The notes: generated by a model from the sequence alone, not told the origin. DNA of 64,000 bases from Kondoa subrosea (GCA_039545335.1 BCIN01000001.1:1-64000); one strand, 5' to 3'; positions 25,011 through 39,187 are shown, counted from the stretch's first letter. A program made the numbers and translations.

Positions 25011-28000
25011 ATGGACGACACTGATCTGACTCAAGACATTCAAGAGCATTCTGCCAGACTGCTTGCTGGCTATCCACTTCCTGGCTTGAATGGCATTGCA
25101 TTGAACACTTTGCACTGCTTCGCTCCAGCAACGCCCGAAAGCATCGAAGTGGATCCTCACAATGTCCTGCTTCAAGATCACGAACGAGAATTGCATGCAT
25201 TGGAAAACCCTAAGTCTGAGCGCGAAGTTGAATATGCTGCGACCCAATCTGCTGCTCTGTCCTCTGTCCTAAAGTCCGCTCTGCATCAGAATCCTCAGCT
25301 TGCTACATTGTGAGCGAACAGACTCATCCTTCTAGCTGCTCTGTAAACTTACTGAGCTTTGATACAGTGCTTTCAAAGCACCTCCGCACGCTTACACAAA
25401 CCATCCTCCAAGTCCCACCAGACTTACAACACCTTCTAGCTATGCTGCACAAGCTTTATCTTCCCTAAATCTAGCTCAATCTTCTTCCATTCGAGCCAAT
25501 AATCAACCCGCTCGGATCGCTTCACCCTGTTCCAACGCATTTCCTCCGAAGCACGTTCTTGATGCGTATGTAAAGGATCAACTAGCATCAGCTGTCTATA
25601 CAGCAGACACTCCGATCAAAGCAAACGGCAAACGCTTCACACAGTTGACCGATCTCACAAGCAGTACTGCTGCAACAGACAGTCCAGATGCTCTGGATGT
25701 CCTTGCAGATATCGCAGTGGATCAATCTCCTGCAACTCCCACTACTGCTCGTCGAAGTAAATCAAGTCGCAAAGAACCTGCTGCACCTGAATTCGAGATT
25801 GTTGTTCCGCCGAGTCCAGCTCGTAAAGCAAAGACCAACGGACCAGTATCTCCGGCAAAGAAACGAAAGCTAGATACCAGTGATCCTCATACTCCAGGCT
25901 CGGCCGGCTCCTCTGCTGCTTCTTTCTCGCACATGGACATCGATGAAGATGATTTAGCAACGCCTGTCGGTCGTCGTACTATAGTGTTACAAGATACAGA
26001 TCGTCAAGATATGCTGGATAAGTTCGACGATCTGTTGCAAAACATCTTTGCAGCAGAAGATTTGCTGGAAACTTCTTCTTCGCAATCAAGCTCTCAAAGT
26101 CATTTCTTGCCTTCTCACTCAGCCAATTCAGCTCTTTTAGAAAGCAACACTATTCGGTCTTTGACAAAGATGCTAGCTGAATTGGGCAACTCCAATGCTG
26201 GCGAACATCTGACAGCGAAATGCGACCTATCTCAATTACAGCGATTGCTGAAACTGCTCGAGCGCAACGTCCAAGCCGCATCAGACTGTAGTCCTATTCC
26301 TGAAGAAAAGCTTGGTAGCAAAGATCGTATCGACACCACTCCTTCGCCGAAGAAAGGCAAAGCCAAAACCAAGACCAAAACTGCAGCAAAGGGCAAGAAA
26401 GCAAGTACTACAAAATCAACGAAACGAAAGAAGAAAGTTGTGGAATCAGAGGAGGAAGAAGATGAATTGGCATCAGACGAGGAAGATTCCATATCATCTG
26501 CCAAGCAAGCTCGAGGTCGACCTTCCGTTCGTTCTTCGCCTCGCAGATCCTCTCGATCTCGTTCTGGATCTAAATCACACAGCCATCACGAAGAAGAAGG
26601 CGATGAAGAGGAAGTTTCGCAATCAAGCAATGGCTGGACTGCTGATCAAACAAGCAAATTGCAAGAGGATTTGAGGACTGTACAAGGAGGAATGTTAGCA
26701 ATCGGATGCTCTACAGCTCTTTGGACTTGTGCTCGATTGCCAAAGCAGGTAGCTAGACCTTGCCTGACCGTGTTGATGCTTGTGTTGACCTTACTTTCAG
26801 CTGTATTCAGAGGACCTGATTACTTTATGCATGAAAACGGTACAAAAGCAGTTAACAAAGACCATTTATCCGTTATCTGCAGCTATTGGCTCCCGTTCCG
26901 AGTCCTTGCTTTCCGAGGCTCTGGCGAATACTTCTACACACCGCTTGGCGGAAGATCTCTTCCAAATCAGTGCAGGACTCATCTTACGTCTCACGAAGCT
27001 GCTCAAGCGCGAGCAAATGTCCGAAAGTATTGTCATCTCTGCAGCATACATTGCTATCGGTCCATTCTTTGTCGATTTCCAATCTACCGATGTAAAAGGC
27101 AAAGCAAAAGAAACCTCGGCTTCGTCTTCGCTAAAGACACTGCGGACGAACTGTACTGGATTATTGCGCATCGTGAGCACTTTGCGTCCCACGTAATGTG
27201 AATAATCATAACGCTGGTATCCACTCAAGGTCTTCGCAAAGCATCCTGCCCAAAGACAATGGGTCGTCGAAGAGATCTTGACTTCCCTTACCCAGGTTTC
27301 TGACATCAAGAAGAAAGCATTCAAGCCAGTAAACTTCCAATTTGCTTTATTTTTTGTCTAACTTCTACCCTCAGATTGCGCAATGGGAAATCGATACATG
27401 CTGTCTCAGCTCTCATCTTGAATCTCATTCAAAGTTCAGCGCACAATGTTGATCAACGAATCCGCCAAAAGCTACAGAAGCTCGCAGAAACACCTACCGA
27501 GACAACGGACCAAGCGGCAGACAACGAAGAAGATGCACTGGTAAGTATTCACGTTCTATGCCGCTCACAACTTCGTCTAAGCTTGTGCCAGCTGCGAATC
27601 TGCAGGAACGAAGTAGTTCCTGCTACCGATTCAGCAACGAATGCCTCGAGCTTAATTATTGGATATCTGATGGCAAAGTTGGCTTCCTTCTCAGCGCACT
27701 CGGCTTTCTCCTGATATATACCTTTCTTAGATCCAAATCTGCAAGCAAGAACTCAAATGATGCGGACTATAAGATCGCCTTAGAAGTACTTGTGGCTGAT
27801 ATCCTTGCAGTCCTTGATCTTCCTGAATGGCCAGGAGCTCAAATTCTTATATCCGTATGTGTCCAGAAGATGGTGAGCGGTCTCTCTATCATTAGTGCTC
27901 CACTCAACTTCTGAATCCAGGTTGGCTGTTTAAGCGAATCCAAAGCTTCAGCAGAGAACAATGCGCTGAAGTCAATAGCACTCGATCATCTTGGTTTGAT

Positions 28001-31000
28001 CGGAGCTGCTTTAAGTAGTAGAGCGGTTCAATCGCGACAAAGCGAGATAAAGCCTCTCCGACCATTACTGCAGGTTCGTGAGAATCGATGCAAAATGTGA
28101 ACAAAGGCTGACTTATTTTCGAGGTTTTGGTTTCGCCTGACTTTGCTTCAGGCATTGGCGACTGGATCAATGTCCAGCACGATCTCATAAGTAGTTTGTT
28201 TCGCAGCACACACAGCTCAGACGATGTGCGTACAGTGCGTATGGTAGTCCTTCATGAGCTGATATTTCTCCTTCAGAGTGCGCCGCAATCCTGGGCGTTA
28301 AAATGGGCATCGGAAGTATTGCGATGTCTCGAGAGAACGACCGCCTTGTTGCAGAACGAAGACAAACCGGTCCAGTTGGAACAGCAAACAGATATACAGC
28401 AAGGCCAGAAACTGCTTTCGGATGAATTGCTGCATGTCTGGACTTTGGCGGACCAGAGCAGACTTCATTCTATCGTTACGCAAGTTCTATCATACTTTCC
28501 ACGAGTTGTAGCTAATTTCTGAATCAGCTCGAAAGACGAACTGGAAAGTAGGGAAGTGGAAACGATGCGCGCTATTTCTTGGGCGCAAGGTCAAGCGGAA
28601 CTATTTGAAGTCATCTTGCAGCGAATTCTCCAAGTCCTACAAAGCGCAGAAACGGCAATGCAAAGATCGAAAGCTCTCCGAGGATTGGGCAATATGGTAG
28701 CTCAAGACGCTGAGATCTTTGGTAGAGTGACTTTCTATGTTCCTCTTCGAGTATCGTGATGCTTATCGATATCTTCCAGGCCGATGTACGACATGGTATC
28801 GAAGAGCGGTTCCTCGACACGCAATCCTCTGTTCGAGATGCTGCTTTCGATTTACTTGGCGAATATCTTGTCTTCAGGCCCGATCTGGCCATCGAGTATC
28901 TGCCTCGAATCAGCGAGCGCATCTCGGTAAGGACTGTCTTCGATCGCATGACGTCAATTTAACACCTAGAGAATAGGATACCGGTCTCAATGTTCGGAAG
29001 AGGGTCATTCGATTGCTGAAGAAGCTATATGAGATCTTGCCCGAAGAGCTGGCTAAAACTGAGATCTGCAAGAAATTGATGTTTCGAGTCAGAGACGAAG
29101 ACGCAAATATCAAGGTAGGGTTCACTTCTTGGCGCGCGACACTTGCCTTGACAGTAGATCAGGATCTTGCTGTCACGACGTTGGACGACCTGCTGTTCTC
29201 CCCTACCTCAAAAACGGCCCTAAAGCCTACACAAAGCCGACGTAGCGCATCACCAAGCAAGCAAGGGGAATGTACACCTAATCAGGGTCAAAGCCTTGCC
29301 AGTACAATTCTCATGAATATCGCAGCGAATATCAAAGATCGTGTTGTCCCACTGGAAGAGGTCCTGCGACTGGTAATGTGCCAGTCTTGTGTTGAAACAT
29401 CTCTGATATATATCACTTCAAGATTATCGAGAAGAAAACAAGCAATGCCAAAGCGTTGTCAGAACTTATGGAACGCTTTCGCGAATTGGTAGACGCCTTG
29501 ATTAACAAGCTGATTGCGACGGAAGATGGTGACAGCAAAGCAGTGTGTATACCTGCTATTTGCTCCAAAAGCCCATTAACGCTGGAACATCATTGCAGGA
29601 TAGAATAGGCTGCACCCGTACTATCGTGACTTTGGTTGCAGCAAATCCAAATCTGTTATCTTTAGTCGGCGCTGAAAAGCTTCTTCCTTATCTACAAAGC
29701 GCAGAAACGGTATGATAGACCTGAAGTTCTCTATTCGCTCTGACGTCTTGTATCAGGAGGAAGATCAAAGGATTCGAGATCATCTGCTCCAAACTCTTCG
29801 CCTCTGTCTGCCTACCTTTCCCCGTACCAATGTTGCTTTTGCCGAAGATTTACAAGCCATACTTATCGACCTGCTGAAGAAGGCGCCGAGCAATGCAGCG
29901 GTATGTATTTATTCGCGGGCAGTGAGCTTATTGGACTGAGTGATGGCTTCTTCCTAGACTTTGCAGGAGATCATCGCTTGCTTCTGCTTAGTCGTATGTC
30001 ATCAGACTCATGACTATGAGCGACTCTGTCAAACCTTTCGTGCCATCAAAAGTGAGTTCGGTCTGTATGGCATCTCAAGCTGATTGATTGCCGCATAGTG
30101 AAACTTGAAACTGAACTAGAAAATCAAGCTTCAGAGACCGAAAGAACCAAGCGCGCGGCCAGTATGAGAGCGACTGTGGCACTTTCGTACATGTTTGTGC
30201 TTCTCGTTGAGCACGGTAACTTCGATATAATCAGAATGGAGCAAGATGATGCAATCGGTGATATGATTGATGCCATATCTGAGGTAAAGAAGATGTTCAT
30301 AGAGCTCATGATCCCAACTGATTGTTTCAACTGTTGCAGTCATCGATACATGACTTCGCATACGACACGCTCTTCTCTATGTACAACAAGCCACACTTGA
30401 AGCCTATGCAAGGAGTCACACTCAACTGTCTCGGTTCGTCTGCTTCATTGCTTACCTCTTTCCAGTGCTGACAGTTTCCGGTCAGGTTACCTTTTCCGAG
30501 CCGCCCCTGTCTTCATGCTGAGAGAAGATACAACTGAAATGATGGATGCCATCTTCGGACAGACTGGAGATCCGGGCTTGAAGCTTCGCTTGCTCCAATT
30601 ATTACAAGAATTTTTGCTGCATCAAGCGGGTAAGAATGCTGAAGAAGAACGAGGTGTGTTGTATATACTTTTCAAGCTAGCAATCATTGAGATTATTCTA
30701 GCTCACGAGAAGCAAGTCAAAACTCCTTTGAAAAAGACAGCTTACAGCAAAGAGGTTGACATGAATCAATTGATCGGCAATACTGACGGGTTTGCGGACT
30801 CAGGGTATGTCGACCACCCCTTGAGAGTGCTCACAAATACTCACTTGGATTGTGCAGAGTAAGCTCAGCTGTCGTTCAACGATATCTGCCTTCCATTCTG
30901 TCCTCTGCACTGTCTCAAAACCCTCAGATGCGCAATGCTGCTCTCGAGATTATTAGTTGTACCATCAAGCAGGGTCTAGCCCATCCAGTTCAGGCTAGTC

Positions 31001-32120
31001 AACGAGCTTCGGAGGGGTTCACAAGTTGACTTGGCCTCACAGTGCTTGCCGGTAATGATCGCTCTGGAAACGTCGCCCGACATCTACGTTGCGAAGCGAG
31101 CTCACGGACTACATGTAGCACTGCACAACAAGCATCCCGCACTGGTTTCGACTCGTTTTCTAGAATGTGCAAAGTCTGCCTTCGAGTATCAACAATCTAT
31201 CTCTTTATCCAAGTCCGAACCGCCAAGAGGTTTCAAGATGGAAGGTTCTCAAGCTATTGCTTTCCTGACACCGTGGTATAACATGCTCAAGGACAAGCGG
31301 CAAGCACGACTGGACTTCTCCAGAGCTCTGTTGAAAGCCTTTTCAGTGGATGCTACTGCGCAATGCTCCCAGGTATGATTTTCTGCCTCCTTGTGTACAT
31401 TTTCAATCATGCTAAGTCTTCGTGTAGTCCGATGTTGCTGCTGCTCGCTTCGTTGCCGATAATCTGGCAACTTTCGAGTATAAAACGCAAGAAGAATTGT
31501 TTATTGCCCTCAAAAGTCTCAATGCGTCACTAGCAAGCAGTGGAATGCAGACTGTACAGCTCATGAATGAATGCACGGAGGCGATCGAAAGCAAGCAAGT
31601 GCAGACTTCGGTGGGGTCTGATTCGATGCCAGGCAAATCTCAATCGGCCATGGATATCGATGGAAATGCCGAGCAGAGTGATAGTATGTCTACGTTCTTG
31701 TAGTACGAATGCGAAGGCTGCTAATTTCATAAAAAGACATCGAGAACGTCAACCTACGCTCTTTGGCTTACACTTCTCTCATTCTGACTTTGGCTGCTGT
31801 TCTGCGAGACCATCTCAAGGCTTTATACAAGCTCACTGATGCGTATGAATCTACCTCTTCTATCTCCGTCTTTTGGCTGACAACTCTGCAGGAAATGCAC
31901 TAAATTCGTGATTGGCAAGAAATCTGCGACAGGCGACAAAGCTCCTTCGCAAGCTGACAACGTTCCGACAACCTTGTCTTTCACTAGATCACTATTTCTT
32001 CAGCCAGGAGCTGAGATGAAAACAGAAGCTGATTGGCTGGCCCAAGCTTCGACCTTTGAACAACTCATCAGTAACGACACTTCTAGCGATGCGATCGAAG
32101 TAGAAGAAGATGAGGAATAG
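25011..32120 (+). CDS. SCC2: Cohesin loader Scc2/NIPBL (Nipped-B)
   Basis: [95 protein letters not shown]. Many introns. Confidence 0.93.
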
Positions 32121-32385
32121 ACATCATGTACCATGTAATACGTGTAATATTAGACTGTATGGTTTAGCGAGAGTTATGACACTCTCAAAGTAGTTCAGCC
32201 GAGTTTATTGACGCCTGGGTTGTCTCGCAGCAAAACTGTTGTGTATTTCTTGTATGAAGTACTGCTCTTTGCCGTTTGGACCTGCACGATAGCAGCTGGC
32301 ACACAACCCGCCCTCAATTGTCGGCCGATAACTGACTAGCAACAAAAGTCTGCTTGCATTTTCCGCATACTCCTCGTCTTCCGGT

Positions 32386-33875
32386 ATGCGCAGGACATTA
32401 CATGACTATGTGAGATATAGCACCTTCGATCCAGGCGCCTGTTCTGATCCTTGATCAGTCGCCTATAGCGACATGGCAAGCTCTTCGAGGTGAATCGCAT
32501 ACTTGAAGATTTGTAGTGCTAGTCGCTTATGTATTTGCAAAGGGACTGAATCAGCTGTTGCTGGTGCGGCTGCCGGACTAGTCAGTGCAGTGGTCACTTG
32601 CCCGCTCGATGTAGTCAAGACAAAGCTGCAAGCTGGAAGATTGCATAACGGCATAAAATACGCTGGATCAGTGGGTGAGATGCGCTACAACAGCTGAAAC
32701 AGACAACTCTGACCTCAGGGGTGGCAGATGTCATCAGCAAAGTATGGCAGGCAGAAGGGTTTAGAGGATTCTACCGTGGTCTAATGCCTACAGTGTATGG
32801 ATATCTGCCAACGTAAGTTCAGCAAAGAGCTTCCGTAGCTCTAATCACAATGAAACATATAGATGGGCGATATACTTCACCATTTATGATCGAGCGAAGG
32901 CATTTTTTAGCAAACGGAATGGTTAGTCTCACGTCTGTCTATCTTTCCCTCTCCATACCTTCTAATCCAACTGATGAACAAACTAACTCCATTTGTCTGA
33001 GAACCTACCCGATCCTTGTGATTGTGTTTACCTGACCTGAAAAAAGCGTTGAAATAAGAGCGCAGTCTGATCTTTCGTCTTTTATATGAGCCCGCTGTTG
33101 ATTTGGGCACGGCACTGAATACATTCGGTTACAGGCAACGACGAAGATTTGACCGGACATATTCTTGCGGCAGTAACAGCTGGTGCTTCGAGCACAATGG
33201 CAACAAACCCGTTGTGGGTGATCAGGACCCGTTTTATGGTGAGTTGCTTTGCACTATACAATTTGAAAATAGAACTCTGATCAAGGTACAGACACAAAGC
33301 GCAGACAAGACTCAAAGATATCGTCATACCGGCGACGCGATGATGCGGATATACCGGCAAGAAGGCCTATCAGGCTTCTATCGTGGTCTATTACCCAGTC
33401 TGTTTGGTGTGACCCACGTCTGTATTCAGTTCCCTCTGTATGAGCATTTCAAGGCGCTAAACAGTTCGTCTTGTCGCGTTTAGCGCATTCATTGTTGATG
33501 GAGCCTTTAGAACCCGCTGATGGCTCCGAATTACCGAAATCAACTATCTTGCTATGCTCTTCTGCCTCCAAAATGCTGGCTTCGACCATTACATACCCAC
33601 ACGAGGTCGTTCGAACTCGATTGCAAGTGCAGACAAAGGCCTTTGAGCTACCGGCAGGCTCAACAGGAACAACAAGCAAGGGCCTTCGCCTATTCGATGG
33701 CATACGGCATACTTGTGCATCCGTATATTCCGAATCAGGCTTCAAGGGTTTTTATCGCGGTTTTAGCGTCAACTTATTTAGGACTGTTCCAGCAAGCGCA
33801 TTGACTATCTTAACGTATGAGGTGTTGATGAGGAACCTGCTGACCCGGACGCATAAAGGGGAAGAGAGTAGGTGA
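32386..33875 (+). CDS. NDT1: Mitochondrial carrier, NAD+ transporter subfamily
   Basis: Carrier signatures CPLDVVKTKLQ, NPLWVIRTRF and YPHEVVRTRLQ. The motifs YLPTWAIYF and HVCIQFPLYE are typical of Ndt1/Yia6. Confidence 0.85.
32968..33042 (+). ncRNA. Candidate intronic box C/D snoRNA
   Basis: Inside an unusually long (213 nt) intron: TGATGA (32972), CTGA (32997), C'-like GTGATTG, CTGA (33037). No target was identified. Confidence 0.4.
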
Positions 33876-33989
33876 AGATTTGTAAAGGTGGTAGTGTGTA
33901 CAGTGCATGTAAAATTCCTTGTTGCATGGTATTGGTCGAAGCATCCCAGAACCCCGATTGACCTCTACTGTACATTCTAAAACGATGCT

Positions 33990-36141
33990 CTACTGCAGCG
34001 ACTGCCAATCTACCAGTTTGTCCCAGATCTTGCCCGTCCCGTTGGTTCTAGTCGATTATCAGCACCGGGTAAAAGAATGTAACATAGTCGAACTTACTCT
34101 GCCCAACTACTTGATGGAATGTTCAGCAGTCGCATCATCAGGCCGTACAACTCGACGTTTTCGAAGCCATCGATTATCGATGTTTGAGTGTAATCAGATG
34201 GTCGGCCTCCTTTCACTGCTTCGGCAAATGGACCATGAGCAATGAAAATAGCGTGCATATCCGGGTGTGCATTGTCGTATCCGTGATTGCCTTTGTTTAG
34301 TGATTTAGCAATGTGGCATAATCGTCGCAGAGTGGTTGCAAACCCTTAGGTGTGTAATTGCCCTTCATTTCATCCAGATGCTCCTTCTTGTTAGATCTGA
34401 ACAACTTGCCTTTAGTTTCTTCAATGTTCCAAGATAGTGTGCACGTACACTGCCCACCCGACTATAATGACCGAGTCAGCAAAGACCGGCAAGAAAGAGC
34501 AGCACACTTACCCTCTGGAATGATATATACATCTGCGATACGATGGTTTCCGGAAAAGTGAAACTGCGGTGGCATGCTCTCGTGAGTGTATACGGCGAAA
34601 CCACCTTCAGATTTTGCTTCGGCTTCCTTCAGCCGCTCCCACATCAGGTCGAGATCAGTGCCTTTCTTAAAGCGTAATCCAGCAGAAGGCCAGCCTATAA
34701 CAGCGTACTTCGGGTCTATAAATCCAACCGAATTGGCAAAACTTGACTGACCTTCTTTATGCTCCAAGGCATTCCAACCATCTTCGCCGAGGATTGCGTC
34801 CAGGTAGATAACTCTTTCATCGCTGGTGGAAGTCATTCCATGACTAAAACCGGATCGACAGGATGAGAGAAATCTTAGCCTTCCAAAGAAGCCCTTACTC
34901 CGATACTACAACCAAATTCGCGATGTGGCTTAAGTTCCGCTCGTCTAATTCTTCTTGCAGCGCTTTGACGAAGTTGTCCGCATATGTAAGATAGTTCTCA
35001 ACATCACTAGAATCAGGTCCGCCTCTGTGACCAGCTTGATCGACCTATGAGGGGTGCATGTGACATTTCAGTGTGTCACTGTGTCTGAAAATAGTTTCTC
35101 ATATACCTCTGGCAGATACATGGCTATAAAATTCGGGCGCTTCGAGATATCCATATCAATCCAAGAAGTAAGTGTATGGAGCTTTACATGCCAGTCTTGA
35201 TCCTGGAAAGCTCGCCAATAGGTCGGTCGTGCGCCAGAAAGCATCTCAGGAGGACCAGGCCACATATAAACTGCTGATTTGTAGCCTGCCTTGACTACAG
35301 TCTCCCAAATGGGTTCGCCGCCTGGATGTCATATTAGCGTAGGACGAAGAGACATATGCGAATGACTCGCTCCACCACTCAGGAGCCCAACTACGTCCAG
35401 GAACAGTATCTGAAGGTACTGTTATTCTCGCTGTTGTAGTAGCGAATTTCACGCACAGGTAAACTCCTTCTCTTGAACGGGATCCCAAAAATCATTTGCT
35501 ACTATACCATGACTTTCAGGATACAGTCCAGTCATCATTGACCAGTGATTTGGGAATGTCAGAGACGGAAACACAGGTTGCACTACAGGCAAAGACAAAT
35601 ATAAACATTCTGCTTAGTAATCAGCTTACTCGACAGACTTACTATATTCCGCTCGTAGACCTTTCTCGGACATGGATGTTAGATGAGAAGTTAGGTTCCG
35701 CGTAAGGTATTCAGGTCGAACGCCATCAAGGGAAACGATGATTGTCAATTGCTCGAAATCATGCGTTCCGTTAGATTTGAGTGCTCCGATTGGATGGTAA
35801 GTTGGATTGACTCCCCAGACATCTCCTTCTTCAGCCCAAGGATGATTCGGATAAGACGGATCTATAGGGTGTTCTAATGTGCTGTAAACATGCTTGACTG
35901 TATGGTGAAAGATAGACGAAAGGGCAAGAAAAGACATAAGCAGCAGAGGAATGAGACATGCCCAGAATGCAGCTGCCTGCCGAGTGAAGAGACTACTGCC
36001 AGAGCTAGCTTGTTTGCGCGGATTCAGCCTTGGTGGTGTTCTTGTTCCGTTGCCCTCGTTCGTATACTGGTCAACCTCATTCAGTAGAGTTTGAACATCT
36101 TGATAACGCTCGTCCTGCTCTTGCTGCTCTTCCAGTCTCAT
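33990..36141 (-). CDS. NPP1: Ectonucleotide pyrophosphatase/phosphodiesterase (type II membrane)
   Basis: [71 protein letters not shown]. Confidence 0.9.
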
Positions 36142-36447
36142 TCCGTCCGTTGCGGAATTCCTGCCTGGATTCTCGCTTCAAGTCACTTGATCTATTTTCT
36201 GCCTCTCACTGTTGTCTGTGCTCGCAAGTATGGGGTATCCTCTGCAGTATGTAACGTGGTATGTATAGCTGGGTATTAACAGTGCTCGTCCGTCGTCACA
36301 ACAAAAAGATGCAGCCTTCGATTCATTGGCCTCGTTCCTTATAATTCTGCTCTTCGGCGCTCTGTACTCTTCTTATAGATCGACCATCCTCCAAGCACTG
36401 TAGACATTTGCTTGTCTTTTGGCTGCCTCGATGCGGTATAGCCTGCA

Positions 36448-37989
36448 ATGAGCCAAAGTCAAGATTCTCAAGGTGGAATCAATTATCCTAGCTGTACTGA
36501 TGTATCTACAGATACTCTAGCCTGCTATCCTGGCCAAGATGTCACTTTGATCCAGAATCGCAAAACGAAGTTCATCTGGAACACAAATTGCATGTCATGG
36601 GAAACGCGATTTCCAGTGCAAAAACTAACCTGGCCTTGTAGATCGAGGAGTTCAAGGACAAAGCCAGCTCGATGTGCATCTCTATTGCGACAGAAATGGC
36701 AGGCAACTGGTCAGAAGCTGGACATCGGTACCAAATTATCAAGGGAGTATCGACTTTACCTTGGACGATTCAATTCTCCCTGTCGAAAACAGCTGGACTG
36801 CTGGTCAGAACATCACACTTAATTATCACTACGTAGTCAAAGCTGCAGGGGCCCGATTAGAAACAGACGATCCTTGGCAAGGGCAATTCAGGCTGATTCG
36901 TTCGTGTTGACGAAGAAGCTCTTTTGCTGCCCTCCTGACCGCATTTTTACAGAGACGGCACCTCCAACTAGTCTTCTTTTGGTCGGAGCAGCAACATTAT
37001 CAGCTGCAGTGCAACCTCAATTAACCACGTCTGTCAGCTATTTCACGACAACGTTCGGTTCAGCTACATCTACCGGAAGCAGTACCTTAGTCGCAATCCA
37101 GCCTTTTACTACATATACCACAACTTACGCTACTATCTCAGCAAACAGAATCGTTCTTGCGACATCAACAGTAATCACAAATGCTTTGCCATCCATTTAT
37201 CCTACGCTCTTTACATCTTCTCTTCCCTCAAATAGAGGCTTCACCACTATTTCTACATTAATCACTACTCAAGTACCTTTACCGTTTCCGACTTCACTCT
37301 ACTCACCCTCTGCTTCGACTTCAATCAAATCGCCAGCCGATCCCTCTTCAGCAGCATCTTTTTCTTCTAACTCTCAACTTCCAACATGGAGCAAAGCACT
37401 AATGGCAACATTTGGTTCTCTTCTCGCTCTCATCTTGTTCATTTTCCTCTTCTTCTGTATCCGCAAAACAAGACAATCGAAAAAGCGAAAGAAACGTTCG
37501 CCTAACCTCATGGCACCTACTGACTCCCACTCTGCAATTAACTCACCAGTTGATTCACCATCACGAGTGAATTCACCTCAAAATCAACCGTTATCTCAAC
37601 CTCAAATGCAAGAAAGAGCAATTTCACCAGAAAGTCGTGCTCTGTTAGGAACTACAGCATCAGCAGGACATGAAAGTGGATTGAATGAATCAGATGCTTC
37701 TCTTATGGCCGCTGCGTTCAGGAAAGCGCTTAGAAGACCTTCTTTCACTAATTCTAATTCTGGTGATTCGCCTGCTGGAACGCTGAGAAGGGAACACAGT
37801 GGAGGTGAAGCAGGAGAAGAGACAACTGGCAATGCTCCTTTGTCTACACCAAGTAGTGATGAAAGTATCGCAAATACAGAGGGCAAGAAATTGATGAAAG
37901 AAGCTGTTAGCTTGGAAGGACAAAGTTTGAGAACGGTGCCAAGCAGAAAAGGGACTTTACACCAGGGAGAAGATGAAGAGCGACGTTGA
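36448..37989 (+). CDS. Single-pass membrane protein with a Cys-containing N-terminal domain, Ser/Thr-rich stalk and cytoplasmic tail (Mid2/Wsc-like architecture); start uncertain
   Basis: S/T-rich ectodomain, TM FGSLLALILFIFLFFCI followed by RKTRQSKKRKKR, and tail motif DASLMAAAFRKALRRPSF. Confidence 0.7.
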
Positions 37990-38049
37990 GAAATGGGATA
38001 ATTTGTGTATAATATGGTATTCCATGACTGGGTTTCAATTTGTAGTTAC

Positions 38050-39107
38050 TTTGCGATACAACACATACTTTGGGAATATCCCTTTCGAACTGCTGAAACT
38101 ACCTTAATACTCGCTGACATTCTGCAAGGTGAGATTTTGTTTACCTTGTCTTGACTATCTTGTAGCTCAGGAGTAAATCAATGGTTAGTTCGCGTAAGAC
38201 CCCTCGACGCTACTCGTATATGTTAGCCACTGTACGCCAAATCTGGAATGGGAAGACGTACCGCTTGAGTTCAACCAGGCCCATAAGAACACGCTTGACA
38301 TCCTCTACTTTCTGTAGCCCGATACTTAGAGCGTCTACACTTTGCGACTGGGTAGTATTTGGCATGATAACGCTAGAATAGACCACTTCTACCAGGTGAA
38401 TGGGATGAATAGGTGGTTCGTTTGGGTTGATAGTCTGATCCAGTCATGAGAAGAGCCGAAACCAAAAGTAAAGTCTATCTCTTACTGCAAAGAGTTGGAA
38501 GATACTGATCGTGACAGCATCTCTAATGAATTGCGACCCTCGCTTGACGAATGATGCGTGCCGCCTGAGTAATACAGTGAGAGATATTCGCCGAGCAGAA
38601 GGAATAGCGTCAGACCGGAAGCCCAAAGCAGAAGTAACTCGTGCAGCTTCTTCACCTGCCGCATTTGCGGAACTGGCATGTATAGGTATATACCAAGCTC
38701 CTCGAGTGAGAACATTGGGCGAATCTCTGCCCGAATTTGGGCGACTAAGAGATACGAGATTCCTGATAGAACAAAAGACAGAGATTGACAGAGATCCTTG
38801 CCCAGGATCCACAGGCTAACCATTTAGAGGGAGTGTCTGCTTGAGTTTCGAAGATTGTCCGTTTCAAGCGCATAAAGTCTTCATCGCCCACAGACTTCTC
38901 AGCTATTACGCACATGGGCTAGACTTGAGGACATCAGACTGAACCCTTACGCTTAGTGATATTCTTGTATATATCCTCTTCACAGATGTATCGCGAGTAG
39001 GAATGCGAGCAAGCGGCCAGTCGCTGATATATCGCCTTGAGGGTATCTGAATCTGTTACTTGCCCCATAACAGAGACTTCGAAAGGCATCACATGCCCGC
39101 TCGACAT
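38050..39107 (-). pseudogene. Degraded F-box-like / Leu-rich gene remnant
   Basis: It begins MSSGHVMPFEVSVMGQVTDSDTLKAIYQRLAACSHS..EDIYKNI (F-box-like spacing). Stop-interrupted Leu-rich frames follow over ~1 kb. Confidence 0.3.
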
Positions 39108-39187
39108 GGTTCGAAGACAAGCAAACGAAATGCTAAAATGCTTAGTAATGCTACAAAAATGCTTACAGTTGACAATCTAATATTCAG

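Noticed and set aside
32164..32179. Telomerase RNA template
   Set aside because: It cannot template the TGAAGAG variant, and the intergenic space is only ~260 bp.
32995..33055. TPP riboswitch in the carrier intron (CTGAGA..TACCC..ACCTGA..AGCG resemblance)
   Set aside because: There is no upstream GGG/P2 partner and no P5 stem with the GATAA loop. The host looks like an NAD+ carrier, not a thiamine gene. C/D boxes explain the motifs better.
39128..39165. AATGCT-type short repeats after SRS2, and similar AATGC motifs near other 3' ends
   Set aside because: Short and low-complexity. Probably 3'-end processing context or chance, and not distinguishable by eye.
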